NCBI GenBank assembly: GCA_043754535.1 | Contig: JAYUUN010000010.1 | Location: forward strand, 1-61,356 | Length of the DNA: 61,356 nucleotides | Direction: 5' to 3' | From: Chloroflexota bacterium | GTDB taxonomy: Bacteria; Chloroflexota; Chloroflexia; QHBQ01 | Part shown: in pieces, positions 45,346 through 55,979 of the stretch | Position numbering within the stretch: the first letter of the stretch is position 1 | Layout of the letters: each line of letters begins with the position of its first letter | Notes under the pieces: model-generated | The model's database searches: none | What the model saw: the letters and a program-made list of their open reading frames with translations, nothing else | Told to the model about the DNA's origin: nothing | Made by a program: the position numbers and the translations under genes

Positions 45346-47610
45346 ATGGCCGGTCCAAAGGTAGGCGAACGTTACGAGTTGCGACGACGACTGGATCAGC
45401 GGGAGGGGATCGTCGTCTTTGAGGGCTGGGATGAGCAGCAGGGTAAGCCAGTTCAGGCTCTCCTGTTGCGCGTCAGCGGATCGGGCAGCGGCGAGGAGCA
45501 GACCCGCCTGCTCCAATTCGCCCGCCTGGCTGGGCAGGTGGGGACGATGCCGCCACCTGTCCTTCCCGCCTTGCTCGACAGCGGCAGCAGTTCCACCCCG
45601 GAGAACGCGGGCGAGACCCTCTACTACCTGATCGCTGATTGGGTAGAAGGGCAGAACCTTGAGGGGCAATTGCCGCTTGAGCCAGAGCGGGCGGTGATGA
45701 TCGTCACCACCCTGGCCGAGGGGCTGAAGTGGGCGCGTGGTCGCTTTGGTAGTGGCGCGCCGCGCTACGACCTCGACCCGACCAGCCTTGTTACCGACGA
45801 GGACGGTAGCGTGCGGGTCAGCAGCTTCTCGCCTCCTGGTATCGGCGGCGAAGCTGACAGCGAGCAGGGCGACATTGCTATCCTCGGCAATCTGCTACGT
45901 AGCCTGCTGGCGGGTGGGGCTAGTGAGGCCACCCGCAAATTGAGCGCGGCCCAGGCTCTAGCCCTTGCCCAGGTCATTGGGCGTTCGACTGCGCCGCTGG
46001 GCAACCGCTATCCTACCATCGACCAGTTCTTGGATGCTTTGCAGCAGGCGTTGGCGGGCAAGACTACCCCGGCCCCGGTTGCGGTCAACCGCCCAGTCAG
46101 TGACAGCCTACGCCGCCCGCCAGCGGAGGAAGCCGTAGAGTTCCAGAACTTCAGCGACGAGCCACCCACATCGTCTGCACCCACCCTTGTCGCCCCACCG
46201 CCCCCTTCCCTGTTTGCTGCTCCACCGCCAGTGACCCTGCCACCGCTGGACGTGCCAGACCTTGAGCCGTTCAGCCCCGATGATGCGTTCGGCCCTGCCC
46301 CCTTCGAGGACGCACCGCCAACGGAGGCCCGTGAGGGTACTGGCCCGCAGATACTACCCGGTGACAACAACCGCAATACTAGCAACCTGGTAGCAGCCGC
46401 CAATTTTACCCCACCCGACCAAAACACCCCCCTGCCTAGCCCAGCCAAGCGGGTGACCGTTGTCACTGCTGCCGACTTCGACAAGAGCCAGCCGATAGCG
46501 ACTGGCACCCGCGCCACCAGCTTTGGCGACGAACGCTTTGGGCCACCCGCTGAATTGAATGAGACGGGGCAGCCAGCCGCCAGCCCGGCCCGCGATGTAT
46601 ACCGCGACAACTACGCTTCTGGCGAACCGGCCCGCCGCAGTGGCAGCCTGGGTGGGTCGCCGCGCCTGGCTGGCCGCCCGACCGACGCGGACAGCCGCCC
46701 GCGCACTGGCGAGATCATCGTAGCCAAGACTCGCCCCCACACCCGTACTGCTGGGCTACGCAACACCTTTGAGGCTAACCGCCTGCCCTGGTTGGTGGGT
46801 GGTGGCATCGCAGTGCTGCTGCTGCTGCTGCTGGTGATCGTCACCCGCAACCCTGGCACCGCCGCTCAACCTGCCGTTACCGCTGGGCAAATAACCGCCA
46901 CCGCCAGTGCGGCCAGCAGTAGCACTGCCCTGGCGATGGTAATCAGCCCGACCAGCGCGATCAGCCTCACCAGCCTGGCCTTCGTCGCACCGACAGCCAC
47001 GCCCCTGCTGCTACCGACTGACACAGTGGGGGCAGCAGTGCCATCTGCCCCGACCGCTACCCCCTGCGCCCTGCGCTTCAGCGACGTGCCGCAGAGCGAC
47101 GACGACTATACGCCGATCATGGATGTTGCCTGTCGCGGGGTAGTTTTTGCCCCCAATGGAGGCGCGTTTGAGAAGGAACGTCCTGTCACCCGCGCTGAGA
47201 TGGCCCATGCCCTGGTTACTGCCCTCGACCTGCCGCCCGGCAATCCAGCAGTGCTGTCTGGCAGCGTTGGCGACGTGAGCGAAACCACGCCCTTTTATAC
47301 TGATATTGTGGCTGTGGTCTCCAACGGCGGGATGAGCGGGGCAGGCGGTCGCTTCAACCCCAACCAGACCTTGACCCGCATCCAGGCTATCGCTGCTATC
47401 GTCCGCACCAACCAGTGGCAGGACGAACCAGGGCCGGGCGCGCCCCACTACAGCGACGTGCAATCCAACGACCTGCTCTACAAGCAGGTAGAGCGCGCCT
47501 ACAGCCGTAATGTGATCGGCGGCGGAGGGGAGCTACGCAAGAATGCTCCTGCCACCCGCAAGGACGTAGCCCTGATGATCTTCAATATGCTCCAGAGTGC
47601 CAACCAATGA
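45346..47610 (+). CDS. Degenerate Ser/Thr-kinase-like domain + Pro-rich linker + TM + C-terminal SLH repeats
   Basis: ERYELRRRL..; SLH-like motifs FSDVP, RPVTRAEMA, FNPNQTLTRIQA, ATRKDVA. Confidence 0.65.
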   Translation: MAGPKVGERYELRRRLDQREGIVVFEGWDEQQGKPVQALLLRVSGSGSGEEQTRLLQFARLAGQVGTMPPPVLPALLDSGSSSTPENAGETLYYLIADWVEGQNLEGQLPLEPERAVMIVTTLAEGLKWARGRFGSGAPRYDLDPTSLVTDEDGSVRVSSFSPPGIGGEADSEQGDIAILGNLLRSLLAGGASEATRKLSAAQALALAQVIGRSTAPLGNRYPTIDQFLDALQQALAGKTTPAPVAVNRPVSDSLRRPPAEEAVEFQNFSDEPPTSSAPTLVAPPPPSLFAAPPPVTLPPLDVPDLEPFSPDDAFGPAPFEDAPPTEAREGTGPQILPGDNNRNTSNLVAAANFTPPDQNTPLPSPAKRVTVVTAADFDKSQPIATGTRATSFGDERFGPPAELNETGQPAASPARDVYRDNYASGEPARRSGSLGGSPRLAGRPTDADSRPRTGEIIVAKTRPHTRTAGLRNTFEANRLPWLVGGGIAVLLLLLLVIVTRNPGTAAQPAVTAGQITATASAASSSTALAMVISPTSAISLTSLAFVAPTATPLLLPTDTVGAAVPSAPTATPCALRFSDVPQSDDDYTPIMDVACRGVVFAPNGGAFEKERPVTRAEMAHALVTALDLPPGNPAVLSGSVGDVSETTPFYTDIVAVVSNGGMSGAGGRFNPNQTLTRIQAIAAIVRTNQWQDEPGPGAPHYSDVQSNDLLYKQVERAYSRNVIGGGGELRKNAPATRKDVALMIFNMLQSANQ

Positions 47611-48263
47611 TCAAGGCAGTAATCTTCGACATGGACGGCCTGCTGCTGGACTCCGAACTCTACTGGGATGAGGCGCGGCACGGCTACGTTCAGCAACAGG
47701 GCGGGGCGTGGAGCAACCAGGATAGCGTCAACGTGATCGGCCACAATTCGGCGCAATGGGCGCGCTACATCCAGGAGCAGTTTGGCATCCAGCAACCAGC
47801 AGCGGAGATCATCCAGGCTGTCGTCGCCCGCATGGAGCAACTCTACGCTCAAGAGCTACCCTGGCTGCCGGGGGCGCAGGATGCAGTGCGGCTGCTGGCT
47901 GGCCGCTACCCACTCGCGGTCGCCTCGGCCTCGCACCGCACCCTGATCGACCTGGTGCTGAACGTCAGTGGCCTCGGTCTGTTCTTCCAGAGCGTGACCA
48001 GTGCCGATGAGGTGACGCACGGTAAGCCTGCTCCCGACGTGTATTTGCTAGCTGCCTCGCGCCTGGGGGTGGCAGCCACAGCCTGCGTCGCCTTTGAGGA
48101 CAGTAGCAATGGCATCCTCTCTGCTGCCGCCAGCGGCGCACAGGTGGTTGCCGTCCCCAACCTGCACTTCCCGCCCACTGCTGTTGCGCTGGCCCAGGCA
48201 ACCCTGGTACTGCCCAGCCTGGCGCAGTTGACGCTGGCGATGGTTGAGGGGATTGGTGGCTAA
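47607..48263 (+). CDS. HAD-family phosphatase
   Basis: FDMDGLLLDSE, GKPAPDVY, FEDS. Confidence 0.92.
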   Translation: MIKAVIFDMDGLLLDSELYWDEARHGYVQQQGGAWSNQDSVNVIGHNSAQWARYIQEQFGIQQPAAEIIQAVVARMEQLYAQELPWLPGAQDAVRLLAGRYPLAVASASHRTLIDLVLNVSGLGLFFQSVTSADEVTHGKPAPDVYLLAASRLGVAATACVAFEDSSNGILSAAASGAQVVAVPNLHFPPTAVALAQATLVLPSLAQLTLAMVEGIGG

Positions 48264-48265
48264 CG

Positions 48266-48502
48266 ATGGTTGCTTTGCAGCAGACTGCTCTCCAATCGCA
48301 GGTTAATGGCCGCATGGCAGCCCGTGAGGAGTTGGAGCGGCGTTACCATCCTTGCCTACGTGAGGACTTCAGCTACCGCCAGCTAGTCACTTACGTACCA
48401 AGCAAGAAGCTGGCTGTTCACCGCTGGTTTAAGTATCCCCAGGGGTACGCCCCACAGTTAGTGGAGCGGAGAAGCTGGCCCATGTCTATAGCGTGCGCCT
48501 GA
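48266..48502 (+). pseudogene. Truncated N-terminal fragment of a DNA methyltransferase
   Basis: LVTYVPSKKLAVHRWFKYPQGYAPQLVE resembles the start of N4/N6 DNA methylases; stops before the SAM motif. Confidence 0.5.
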
Positions 48503-48616
48503 GCAATGGTACTGCCCTGACCTTCAGCAGCGAACCAGACATCTCCTTCTATGCCCCCAGCGGTTAGAGCCGCCCGCCACAAGCACGCGCCCGCCAGTTT
48601 GTGTTATAATGGGCAG

Positions 48617-49882
48617 GTGGAACTTCTGCACGTGATCCAGCGTTACTGGCCCTACGTCGGCGGTAGCGAACTCTACTTCCAGGTGATCAGCGAACGCTTC
48701 GCCGCCGCTGGCAACCGCGTGCGGCTAGCAACCACCGACGCGTGGGATATCGAGCATTTCTGGGCGGCGGGCAAGCGGCGGGTGGCGCAGGTGGCAGAGC
48801 AGCATGGTGGGGTGGCGATCAACCGCTATCCCGTGCGGCGGCTACCGCTGGTCAGCCCCCTCTACTACCCTGCCATGCGGCGGTTGATGGCTGAAGTCTC
48901 GCGGCTGCCGGGCAGTGCGCCTCTACTGCGCCAACTCTGCCGCAGCACCCCGCTCGTTCCGGCAATGGCGCGGGCCTTCAAGCGAGATAGCCAGCCGCTC
49001 GACCTGATCCATGTGACCAATATACCCTTCGACGCGCTGATCTATCACGCGGAGGGGCTGGCCCGAAGGCGGGGTGTGCCGCTGGTGATCACCCCCTTCA
49101 CCCACCTGGGTGAGCCACAGGACAGGCGCATCCGCAAGTATTACACCATGCGCCACCAGGTTGCCTTTGAGCGCGCCGCTGCTGCCGTTGTCGTGCAGAC
49201 CGACCTGGAGCGTGACTACCTCGCCAGCCTGGGCGTGCCGCGCGCGAAGATGCACAAAATCGGGGTGGGTATCGATCCCCAGGACGCGCTGGGTGGCGAC
49301 GGCCCTCGCTTTCGTCAGCAGCACAACCTGGGCGACCGTCCGCTCGTCTACTACCTGGGCGTGACTGCCTTCGATAAGGGGACAGTGCATCTGGTAGAAG
49401 CGATGCGTAAGTTGTGGGCGGGCGGCAGCGACGCGGCATTGGTGGTCGCGGGCAATACCATGAGCCACTTTGTTGCTTACCTCGACCGCCTGCCCGCCGC
49501 TGACCGCCAGCGGGTGTTGCTGCTCGGCCCCATAGAGCAGCAGGCCAAGCTCGATCTGTTCGCCGCCGCCGATGTGGGGGTGATGACCAGCCGCACCGAC
49601 AGCTTCGGCCTGTTCTACCTCGAAGCCTGGGTCAACGGCACCCCAGTGATCGGCGCGCGGGCGGGTGGCGTGCCGGAGGTGGTAACCGATGGCAAGGACG
49701 GCCTGCTCGTCCGCTTCGGCGACGTGGATGACATTGCCGCCAAAATCGCGCTGCTGATCCGCGAAAAGCCGCTAGCCGCCAGCCTCGCTGCCGCTGGCAA
49801 GCAGAAGGTGTATGATAGAATGAATTGGCAGCGCGTATTCAACGAATTGGACGCTTTGTACCGGGAGCTAGTAGCCAAATGA
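48617..49882 (+). CDS. GT4 glycosyltransferase
   Basis: YWPYVGGSE, DKG, DSFGLFYLEAWVNGTPVIG; GTG start 7 nt after TGTTATAAT. Confidence 0.9.
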   Translation: MELLHVIQRYWPYVGGSELYFQVISERFAAAGNRVRLATTDAWDIEHFWAAGKRRVAQVAEQHGGVAINRYPVRRLPLVSPLYYPAMRRLMAEVSRLPGSAPLLRQLCRSTPLVPAMARAFKRDSQPLDLIHVTNIPFDALIYHAEGLARRRGVPLVITPFTHLGEPQDRRIRKYYTMRHQVAFERAAAAVVVQTDLERDYLASLGVPRAKMHKIGVGIDPQDALGGDGPRFRQQHNLGDRPLVYYLGVTAFDKGTVHLVEAMRKLWAGGSDAALVVAGNTMSHFVAYLDRLPAADRQRVLLLGPIEQQAKLDLFAAADVGVMTSRTDSFGLFYLEAWVNGTPVIGARAGGVPEVVTDGKDGLLVRFGDVDDIAAKIALLIREKPLAASLAAAGKQKVYDRMNWQRVFNELDALYRELVAK

Positions 49883-51561
49883 GCGATAATGTCCGCAGCA
49901 ACAGCAACAAGGATGGCCCTGGCCTGCCCACTCAGCAGGGGGTTGTCCCCCAACCACTCTCGGAGCGTGAAAGCTGGCCGCTGGTAGACATTGTGGTGGT
50001 CAGCTACAACTCGGCCCGCTATATCGGCGACTGCCTACGCGCTCTGCTCGGCCTCGATTACCCGGTCTTCACCGTCACCCTGGTGGACAACGCCAGCACC
50101 GATGACACGATAAAGATCGTCGAACAGGACTTTCCGAAGGTGCAACTGATCCGCAGCCCGCGCAATCTTGGCTTCGCTGCCGCCTGCAATCTGGGCCTGC
50201 GCGATGGCAAAGCTCCCCACGCCGCCATCGTCAACCCTGACGCTATGGTGCGCTTTACCTGGCTGAAGGAGGCGATGCGCCCCTTCAAAGGCAACCGCGG
50301 TAGTGAGCGGGTTGGCATCGTCGGCAGCAAAATCCTCTACCCCAATCGGGCTACGATCCAGCACGCGGGCGGCATCTTCGGCTACCCACTGGCAGAGACC
50401 TGGCACTATGGCTACGGCGAGGAGGATCACGGCCAGTTCGACACTCCCCGACAGGCCGACTTCGTGACCGGCGCGGCGATGGTGATGGATAGAAGGATGC
50501 TCAAGGAGCTAAACTACTTCGACAGCCGCTTCTACCCCCTGTTCTTTGAGGATGTGGATATCTGCTTCCGGGCCTGGAACGCGGGTTGGGCGGTGATCTA
50601 TGAGCCACGCGCCGTCGTCATCCACCACGAGTCCTCTACCTACCAGCGCAACAGTCAGGGCTACTACCGCAACTATCATCTCAACCGCCTGCGCTTCGTC
50701 CTCAAGCACTATACCCACCGCCAGTTGTTCGGCGACTTCGTACCCGCCGAGGCCGCCCGCCTGCGCGAGGAACTCGACCCCAACGACCGTCAGGCTCTGC
50801 TCGAACTGTATAGCTCGGCTTTGACGATGGAGGAGCAGGCGGCAGCCCGTCCCGGCCAGCGCAGCGACAACGCGGCGGTGCCGGGCGGTTTCAACAGCTT
50901 CGACGCGCAGAGCGGCTTGCAGCAGGAAGACGAACGCCGCCAGCAGTTGAAGAACACCCTGCGCGATGTGCAGGCTAACTGGCAGGTAGAGGAGAAGCCG
51001 TTTGCCTCGAACATCCCCGGCGTGGCCTGGTTCCGCAGCTTCGTAGTCAGTCTCGGTTCGCGCTGGTACGTCAAGCAGATACTGGCCCAGCAGGTAGAGT
51101 TCAACGCCGCCGTCTACCGCCAGTTGAACGAATTGAGCCGCCAGGTACAGGAGTTGCAGGCAGTGGGGACGATGCAGAGTGCGGTGCTGGGGGCGCGGTT
51201 GGGTGAGATTGACGAGCAGGTACACGCCGACCTCGCCCGCGCTGTCGCCCGCGTGAGCAGCCTGGACAAGGGGCTGCACAACCTCCAGGGTCAGTTGGAG
51301 CTACTCGCCAGTGGTGCTGGCTCGCCGCCCAAGCGCAACAACCGCAGCACTGGCCCGCTCAATCCAACCTTGCGCGACTGGCGCGACCTCAACGCTGCGC
51401 TGGACGAAGCGAACAGCCGCCCCGCCGCTGCCAGCCCGCCCCCCTCTGGCCTGCCCAGCCACGAGGAGATAGACGCGGCTCTGCTCAATATTCTCGACAA
51501 TGAGGCTGGGCCGCGCCCGCCTGGGACGAACCGCCCTGATGAACAAACCAACCGTCGTTAA
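49879..51561 (+). CDS. GT2 glycosyltransferase with C-terminal coiled-coil domain
   Basis: [37 protein letters not shown] overlap with the upstream gene. Confidence 0.9.
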   Translation: MSDNVRSNSNKDGPGLPTQQGVVPQPLSERESWPLVDIVVVSYNSARYIGDCLRALLGLDYPVFTVTLVDNASTDDTIKIVEQDFPKVQLIRSPRNLGFAAACNLGLRDGKAPHAAIVNPDAMVRFTWLKEAMRPFKGNRGSERVGIVGSKILYPNRATIQHAGGIFGYPLAETWHYGYGEEDHGQFDTPRQADFVTGAAMVMDRRMLKELNYFDSRFYPLFFEDVDICFRAWNAGWAVIYEPRAVVIHHESSTYQRNSQGYYRNYHLNRLRFVLKHYTHRQLFGDFVPAEAARLREELDPNDRQALLELYSSALTMEEQAAARPGQRSDNAAVPGGFNSFDAQSGLQQEDERRQQLKNTLRDVQANWQVEEKPFASNIPGVAWFRSFVVSLGSRWYVKQILAQQVEFNAAVYRQLNELSRQVQELQAVGTMQSAVLGARLGEIDEQVHADLARAVARVSSLDKGLHNLQGQLELLASGAGSPPKRNNRSTGPLNPTLRDWRDLNAALDEANSRPAAASPPPSGLPSHEEIDAALLNILDNEAGPRPPGTNRPDEQTNRR

Positions 51562-53197
51562 CACCCCTCCACCCCCAACCTCCTCCACCAGGCGGGTAGG
51601 ACAGGCACGCACTTTCGTGGTCAGCCGGGTGCTGGTTGCGCCCTTGCTGTGGCTGGGGCTTGCGCTGCTGCTGCTGGGCTTGCACCAATGGTGGCTGAAC
51701 AGCAGGGCCAACCTGGGTGGCTGGGGGGTGGACGATGCCTGGATCACCTTCCGCTACAGCCACAACCTGGCTCTTGGTAATGGGCCAGTCTGGAACGTGG
51801 GCGAAAGGGTGGAGGGTTACACCAACTTCCTCTGGATGCTGCTGGTAGCCGGGGCGATCAAGCTGGGCTTCGGCGGGATCGGGGTCAGCATCCTTGCTGG
51901 GGCCGCCGCCGCCCTAGTCACTGTGCCACTCACCTATCGGCTGGCGGAAACAGGCCGCTGGCGGGGCCGTCTGCCCGTCGTCTCCGCCGCCCTCACCCTC
52001 TTGCTGGCCGCCGACGGTTCGTTCGCCACCTGGAGCATCGCGGGCCTGGAAACTAGCTTCTACACCATGCTGTTGATCGCCGGTGTGCTGCTGTTCGTCC
52101 TCTCGATAGAAGCAGAAGGCAACCTGTCTGATACCATCACTGCTGGTGGGTGGGGGCCAATGCTGGCGGGCGGCGCAGGCTTGCTGCTCGTTCTCGCCGC
52201 AATCACCCGCCCTGAGGGGCTGTACGCCTACGCTCTCGGCGGCCTGTTCCGCCTCTACACGCTGGTGCAGCGGCGCAAGTTGCTGCGGGCTGACCTCTAT
52301 TACCTGCTACCGCTGATCATCCTCTACCTACCCTACTTTGTCTGGCGGTGGAGTTACTACGGCTGGCCGCTGCCCAACACCTTCTACAACAAGGTGGGTA
52401 GTGGCTGGGTGCAGGTGGAGCGCGGCATCCGCTACCACAGCAAGTTTGTGGATCGCCACAGCGAGTTGTTCTTCTTCCTACCCTTCGTCGCCTTGCTCAC
52501 CCAGCGGTTGAACCGCCGCCTGCTGTTTATCTTCAGCCTCGTGGTCGGCTATTGGCTGTACATCGTCTATGTCGGCGGCGACTGGAACTGGGCGATTGGC
52601 CGCTTCTTCCACCCCATCCTGCCGCTGCTGGTGGTGCTAAACGCCGACGCAGTACGTGGCCTCTACGACGCGATAGTAGCCCGCGCTGGGCAGCAAGCGG
52701 AGGAGCAACGCGGCCTTAAGCTCAAGCTGGCCCTGTTTGGCTGCCTGGCTCTGCTAGTGATTGGCTACTTCCAGTTTGAGCGTAGTAGCCTGAAGGGCGA
52801 GGTGAATGGCGACCAACTGGCCTACTTCCAGAGCGTCTCCGCCGCCCTCTACAGCAACGCCCTGTGGATCGACGCACATTCCAGCCCCAGCGACTTGATC
52901 GCCACCACCGCTGCGGGGGTGCTGCCTTACTACAGCAACCGCCGCTACCTGGACGTACTTGGCCTCACCAACGAGCATATCGCCCATGTCAGCATCCAGC
53001 AGCAAGGCATTGGCCGCCCTGGGCATGAGAAAACCGACATCCCCTACGTCCTCTTGCAGCAGCCGCGCTATATCGTCCTTACCGCGCAGGATAGCGAGTG
53101 GCTGACCAACAACGACTTCAAAGCCGCCTACCAGCGCGTGCAATGGTCGAGCGACAAGGGCTATAATGAAGCAGCCCGCGTCTACCAACGGCGATAA
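51539..53197 (+). CDS. Polytopic membrane glycosyltransferase (GT-C, AftB-like)
   Basis: [46 protein letters not shown]. Confidence 0.75.
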   Translation: MNKPTVVNTPPPPTSSTRRVGQARTFVVSRVLVAPLLWLGLALLLLGLHQWWLNSRANLGGWGVDDAWITFRYSHNLALGNGPVWNVGERVEGYTNFLWMLLVAGAIKLGFGGIGVSILAGAAAALVTVPLTYRLAETGRWRGRLPVVSAALTLLLAADGSFATWSIAGLETSFYTMLLIAGVLLFVLSIEAEGNLSDTITAGGWGPMLAGGAGLLLVLAAITRPEGLYAYALGGLFRLYTLVQRRKLLRADLYYLLPLIILYLPYFVWRWSYYGWPLPNTFYNKVGSGWVQVERGIRYHSKFVDRHSELFFFLPFVALLTQRLNRRLLFIFSLVVGYWLYIVYVGGDWNWAIGRFFHPILPLLVVLNADAVRGLYDAIVARAGQQAEEQRGLKLKLALFGCLALLVIGYFQFERSSLKGEVNGDQLAYFQSVSAALYSNALWIDAHSSPSDLIATTAAGVLPYYSNRRYLDVLGLTNEHIAHVSIQQQGIGRPGHEKTDIPYVLLQQPRYIVLTAQDSEWLTNNDFKAAYQRVQWSSDKGYNEAARVYQRR

Positions 53198-53236
53198 TCG
53201 CCCGCCCGCAACGTTACTGACCAGGTTGAACCCCCA

Positions 53237-53680
53237 ATGGAGCGAACGATGGCTGAGAGTAAACTGACGGATGAGCAGGTAGCCGCAACGTTGGCAGAGA
53301 TTCGCGCAAAGGTGCAGGCCCGCCGCGCCCGCCTGAGCAGCGAGGAGTCCGTCGCTCTCGGCAGCCGCGCCTTCAACCTGACGGAGCTACGCAAGGCGGT
53401 GGACGAATTGAACGACCACTGGTTCGTCTCTGCCCACCTGCCAATGACCTGGGACACCCCGCTGGTTGGGCGGCTAGGCAGCTACACCAAGCGGGTAGTG
53501 CGTATCTTGTTGCGCTGGTACATAAACCCGATTGTGGAGCAACAGAACCGCTTCAACGCTGCTACTGCTCGCGCCGCCGTCGAACTGAACGCCTACGCTG
53601 AACTGCTCACCCGCCAACAAGCCGAGTTGGAGGAGCGTATCGCGGCTTTGGAGCAGGGATTGGGGCGGACAGAGTCGTGA
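53237..53680 (+). CDS. Coiled-coil protein homologous to the GT2 C-terminal domain
   Basis: LRWYINPIVEQQNRFNAA versus [18 protein letters not shown]. Confidence 0.7.
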   Translation: MERTMAESKLTDEQVAATLAEIRAKVQARRARLSSEESVALGSRAFNLTELRKAVDELNDHWFVSAHLPMTWDTPLVGRLGSYTKRVVRILLRWYINPIVEQQNRFNAATARAAVELNAYAELLTRQQAELEERIAALEQGLGRTES

Positions 53681-54705
53681 ACATCGTGATCACCACTGCC
53701 CAGGTGCCTTTCGTGCGTGGCGGCAACGAGGAGTTGGTGGACAGCCTCAAGCTGGCTCTGCTCGAACACGGTCACCGCGTGGATGTGGTCGCCCTGCCCT
53801 TCAAGTGGTACCCCCACGAGTCGCTGGTGCGTAGTATGGCGGCCTGGCGGCTGCTCGACCTGAGCGAGAGCAACGGCGTGGCGGTTGACCTGCTGATCGC
53901 TACCAAGTTCCCTTCCTACCTCGCCCAGCACTCGAACAAGCGGCTCTGGCTTGTCCACCAGTACCGCCAGGCTTACGATCAGTTTGGCACGCCCCTGAGT
54001 GACCTGACTGGCGGGCCAGAGGATGTGCGCCTGCGCCAGATGATCCAGGCCGCCGACGGGCGCGGTATGGGGGTAGAGGTAGCCCCCCAACATCGTTACG
54101 CCATCAGCCAGAACGTGGCGGGCCGCCTGAAGAAGTACAATGGTCTCGATGCCCACGCTCTCTACCCGCCGCCCAAAGCGATCTGGCGCACCGGTGAGTA
54201 CGGCGATTACGTTCTCTACCTCAACCGCCTGGATGACGCAAAGCGGCCCATGCTGCTGCTGGATGCGCTTGCTCTGCTACCAAAGGCGAAGGCAATCATC
54301 GCGGGTAGTGGCCCCCTGCTAGCCGAGGTTCAGCGGCGGGCAGCGAAGCTGGGTGAGCGCGTGCAGGTGTTGGGCCGCGTCAGCGACGAGCGGGCAGTAG
54401 AACTCTACGCCAACGCCCGTGCCGTCTACTACGCGCCAGTTGACGAGGATTACGGCTACAGCACGTTGGAGGCGCAGGCGAGCGGCAAGGCGGTGATCAC
54501 CACCAACGACGCGGGGGGCGTGCTAGAGTTCGCGGCTGATCAGCGTAACGCCCTGGTCAGCGAACCGACCGCTGCCGCCCTTGCTGAGAGCATCCGCCGC
54601 CTGCAAGACCGCGACCTCGCTGCCGACCTGGGCGATCAGGGTCACGCCGACCTCGCTGCGAAGGGGATTAGCTGGCAGCGAGTGGTCAGCAGCCTGCTGG
54701 GTTGA
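53677..54705 (+). CDS. GT4 glycosyltransferase
   Basis: PFVRGGNE, RLDDAKR, EDYGYSTLEAQASGK. Confidence 0.9.
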   Translation: MNIVITTAQVPFVRGGNEELVDSLKLALLEHGHRVDVVALPFKWYPHESLVRSMAAWRLLDLSESNGVAVDLLIATKFPSYLAQHSNKRLWLVHQYRQAYDQFGTPLSDLTGGPEDVRLRQMIQAADGRGMGVEVAPQHRYAISQNVAGRLKKYNGLDAHALYPPPKAIWRTGEYGDYVLYLNRLDDAKRPMLLLDALALLPKAKAIIAGSGPLLAEVQRRAAKLGERVQVLGRVSDERAVELYANARAVYYAPVDEDYGYSTLEAQASGKAVITTNDAGGVLEFAADQRNALVSEPTAAALAESIRRLQDRDLAADLGDQGHADLAAKGISWQRVVSSLLG

Positions 54706-54731
54706 CCAATCCCACTCAATTGAGTTAAAAT
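54702..54731 (+). promoter_or_regulatory. Toxin-antitoxin promoter with palindromic operator
   Basis: TTGACC, 18 bp, TAAAAT; ACTCAATTGAGT palindrome at 54714-54725. Confidence 0.55.
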
Positions 54732-54753
54732 AGTAAGTGTAGGAGGTGCTGCT

Positions 54754-55029
54754 ATGACCGTTGCACAAGAAGCTCCTCAGCAGGAGCTACCAGAGAATTA
54801 TGAGCAGGTGCGTCAGCAAGTATTGAGCTTGTCGGCTGCCGAACGCACGCGCCTGCTGCACGAGATGATTGATACCTTGGTGCCAGCCACTCAAGAGACT
54901 GTTGTACCCTCGATGAAGGATACTCTAAGCTATGCTCTTGGTAGGTTGTCTGCCCCAGGAGTCACGCCACCAAGCGACGACGAAGTGAAGGAGCTTATTG
55001 AGCAGGCACGTGCCGAGAGATATGGCTGA
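54754..55029 (+). CDS. Putative antitoxin
   Basis: 91-aa acidic ORF coupled (TGATG) to the PIN gene. Confidence 0.65.
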   Translation: MTVAQEAPQQELPENYEQVRQQVLSLSAAERTRLLHEMIDTLVPATQETVVPSMKDTLSYALGRLSAPGVTPPSDDEVKELIEQARAERYG

Positions 55030-55484
55030 TGGACCCACTGCGTTGGATGCTCGATGTGAATATCATCCTTGATGTTTTGCTGAACCGCCAGCCTTACGTA
55101 GCTGAAGCGAAACTCGTCTGGGCAGCTTGCAACGAGGACAAGATTAAAGGCTACATTTCCTCATCCTCTTTGCAAAACATTTTCTACTTGAGCCGCCTAA
55201 TTCGCAAGCGCGAACTGGGCTACAGCCCCGAAGATGCTTTTCGTGAAGCTCTTAATGATGTTCGCGTTTGTATGCTCACTTTCACCGTCGTCTGGTTGAA
55301 TGAAGGGATCATGCAGGCAGCTTTGACTAACCCCGGCAACGACCTTGAGGATGCGCTTGTAGCGCAGTGTACTATCAAGTTGTTGCTTGATGGCCTCGTT
55401 ACTAGGGACAACAAGTTTAGGAGTAGCGGCGCACTAGTGTTGTCCCTTGCTGATGCTCTAGCACAGATCAAGCAGCTATCGTGA
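55029..55484 (+). CDS. PIN-domain (VapC-like) toxin
   Basis: LDVNIILDVL, DLEDAL, LVTRD. Confidence 0.85.
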   Translation: MDPLRWMLDVNIILDVLLNRQPYVAEAKLVWAACNEDKIKGYISSSSLQNIFYLSRLIRKRELGYSPEDAFREALNDVRVCMLTFTVVWLNEGIMQAALTNPGNDLEDALVAQCTIKLLLDGLVTRDNKFRSSGALVLSLADALAQIKQLS

Positions 55485-55936
55485 GTGTGTGCCCAGCCAC
55501 CCCCAACCTCGCGGCTATCCTCACCGACCTCATCCTCCGTTCAAAGGCGTATTGGGGCTACGACGAGGTGTTCATGGCTGCTAGCCGCCACAATCTCACG
55601 CTCACGGCGGAGTATATTGCTGCTAACCTGACCTGCGTGGCCGAGGAAGCTGGGCTACTGTTTGGGGTCTACTCACTGTTTGAACACACGCCTCAGCAGG
55701 TGGAGTTGGACAACCTCTTTGTTGAACCGACCGCTATCGGTAAGGGAGTGGGTAAGCTACTCTTTGACCATGCGGTTGAGCAGGCACGGCAGCGCGGCTA
55801 CCGCGAGATGCGGATCGTCGCTGACCCCAACGCCGAGAGCTTCTACCTGCGTCAGGGCGCGACCCGCGTCGGCGCGGTTGCATCGCCTGCGCAAGCCGGA
55901 CGGCTGCTGCCGCTGCTGTGCTACAATTTGGTATAA
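55481..55936 (+). CDS. GNAT N-acetyltransferase
   Basis: SKAYWGY, LFVEPTAIGKGVGK, ADPNAESFY. Confidence 0.85.
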   Translation: MSVCPATPNLAAILTDLILRSKAYWGYDEVFMAASRHNLTLTAEYIAANLTCVAEEAGLLFGVYSLFEHTPQQVELDNLFVEPTAIGKGVGKLLFDHAVEQARQRGYREMRIVADPNAESFYLRQGATRVGAVASPAQAGRLLPLLCYNLV

Positions 55937-55979
55937 TCCTCATGCTACCATCTAACTACAAGGAGAACTTCACAACGCC

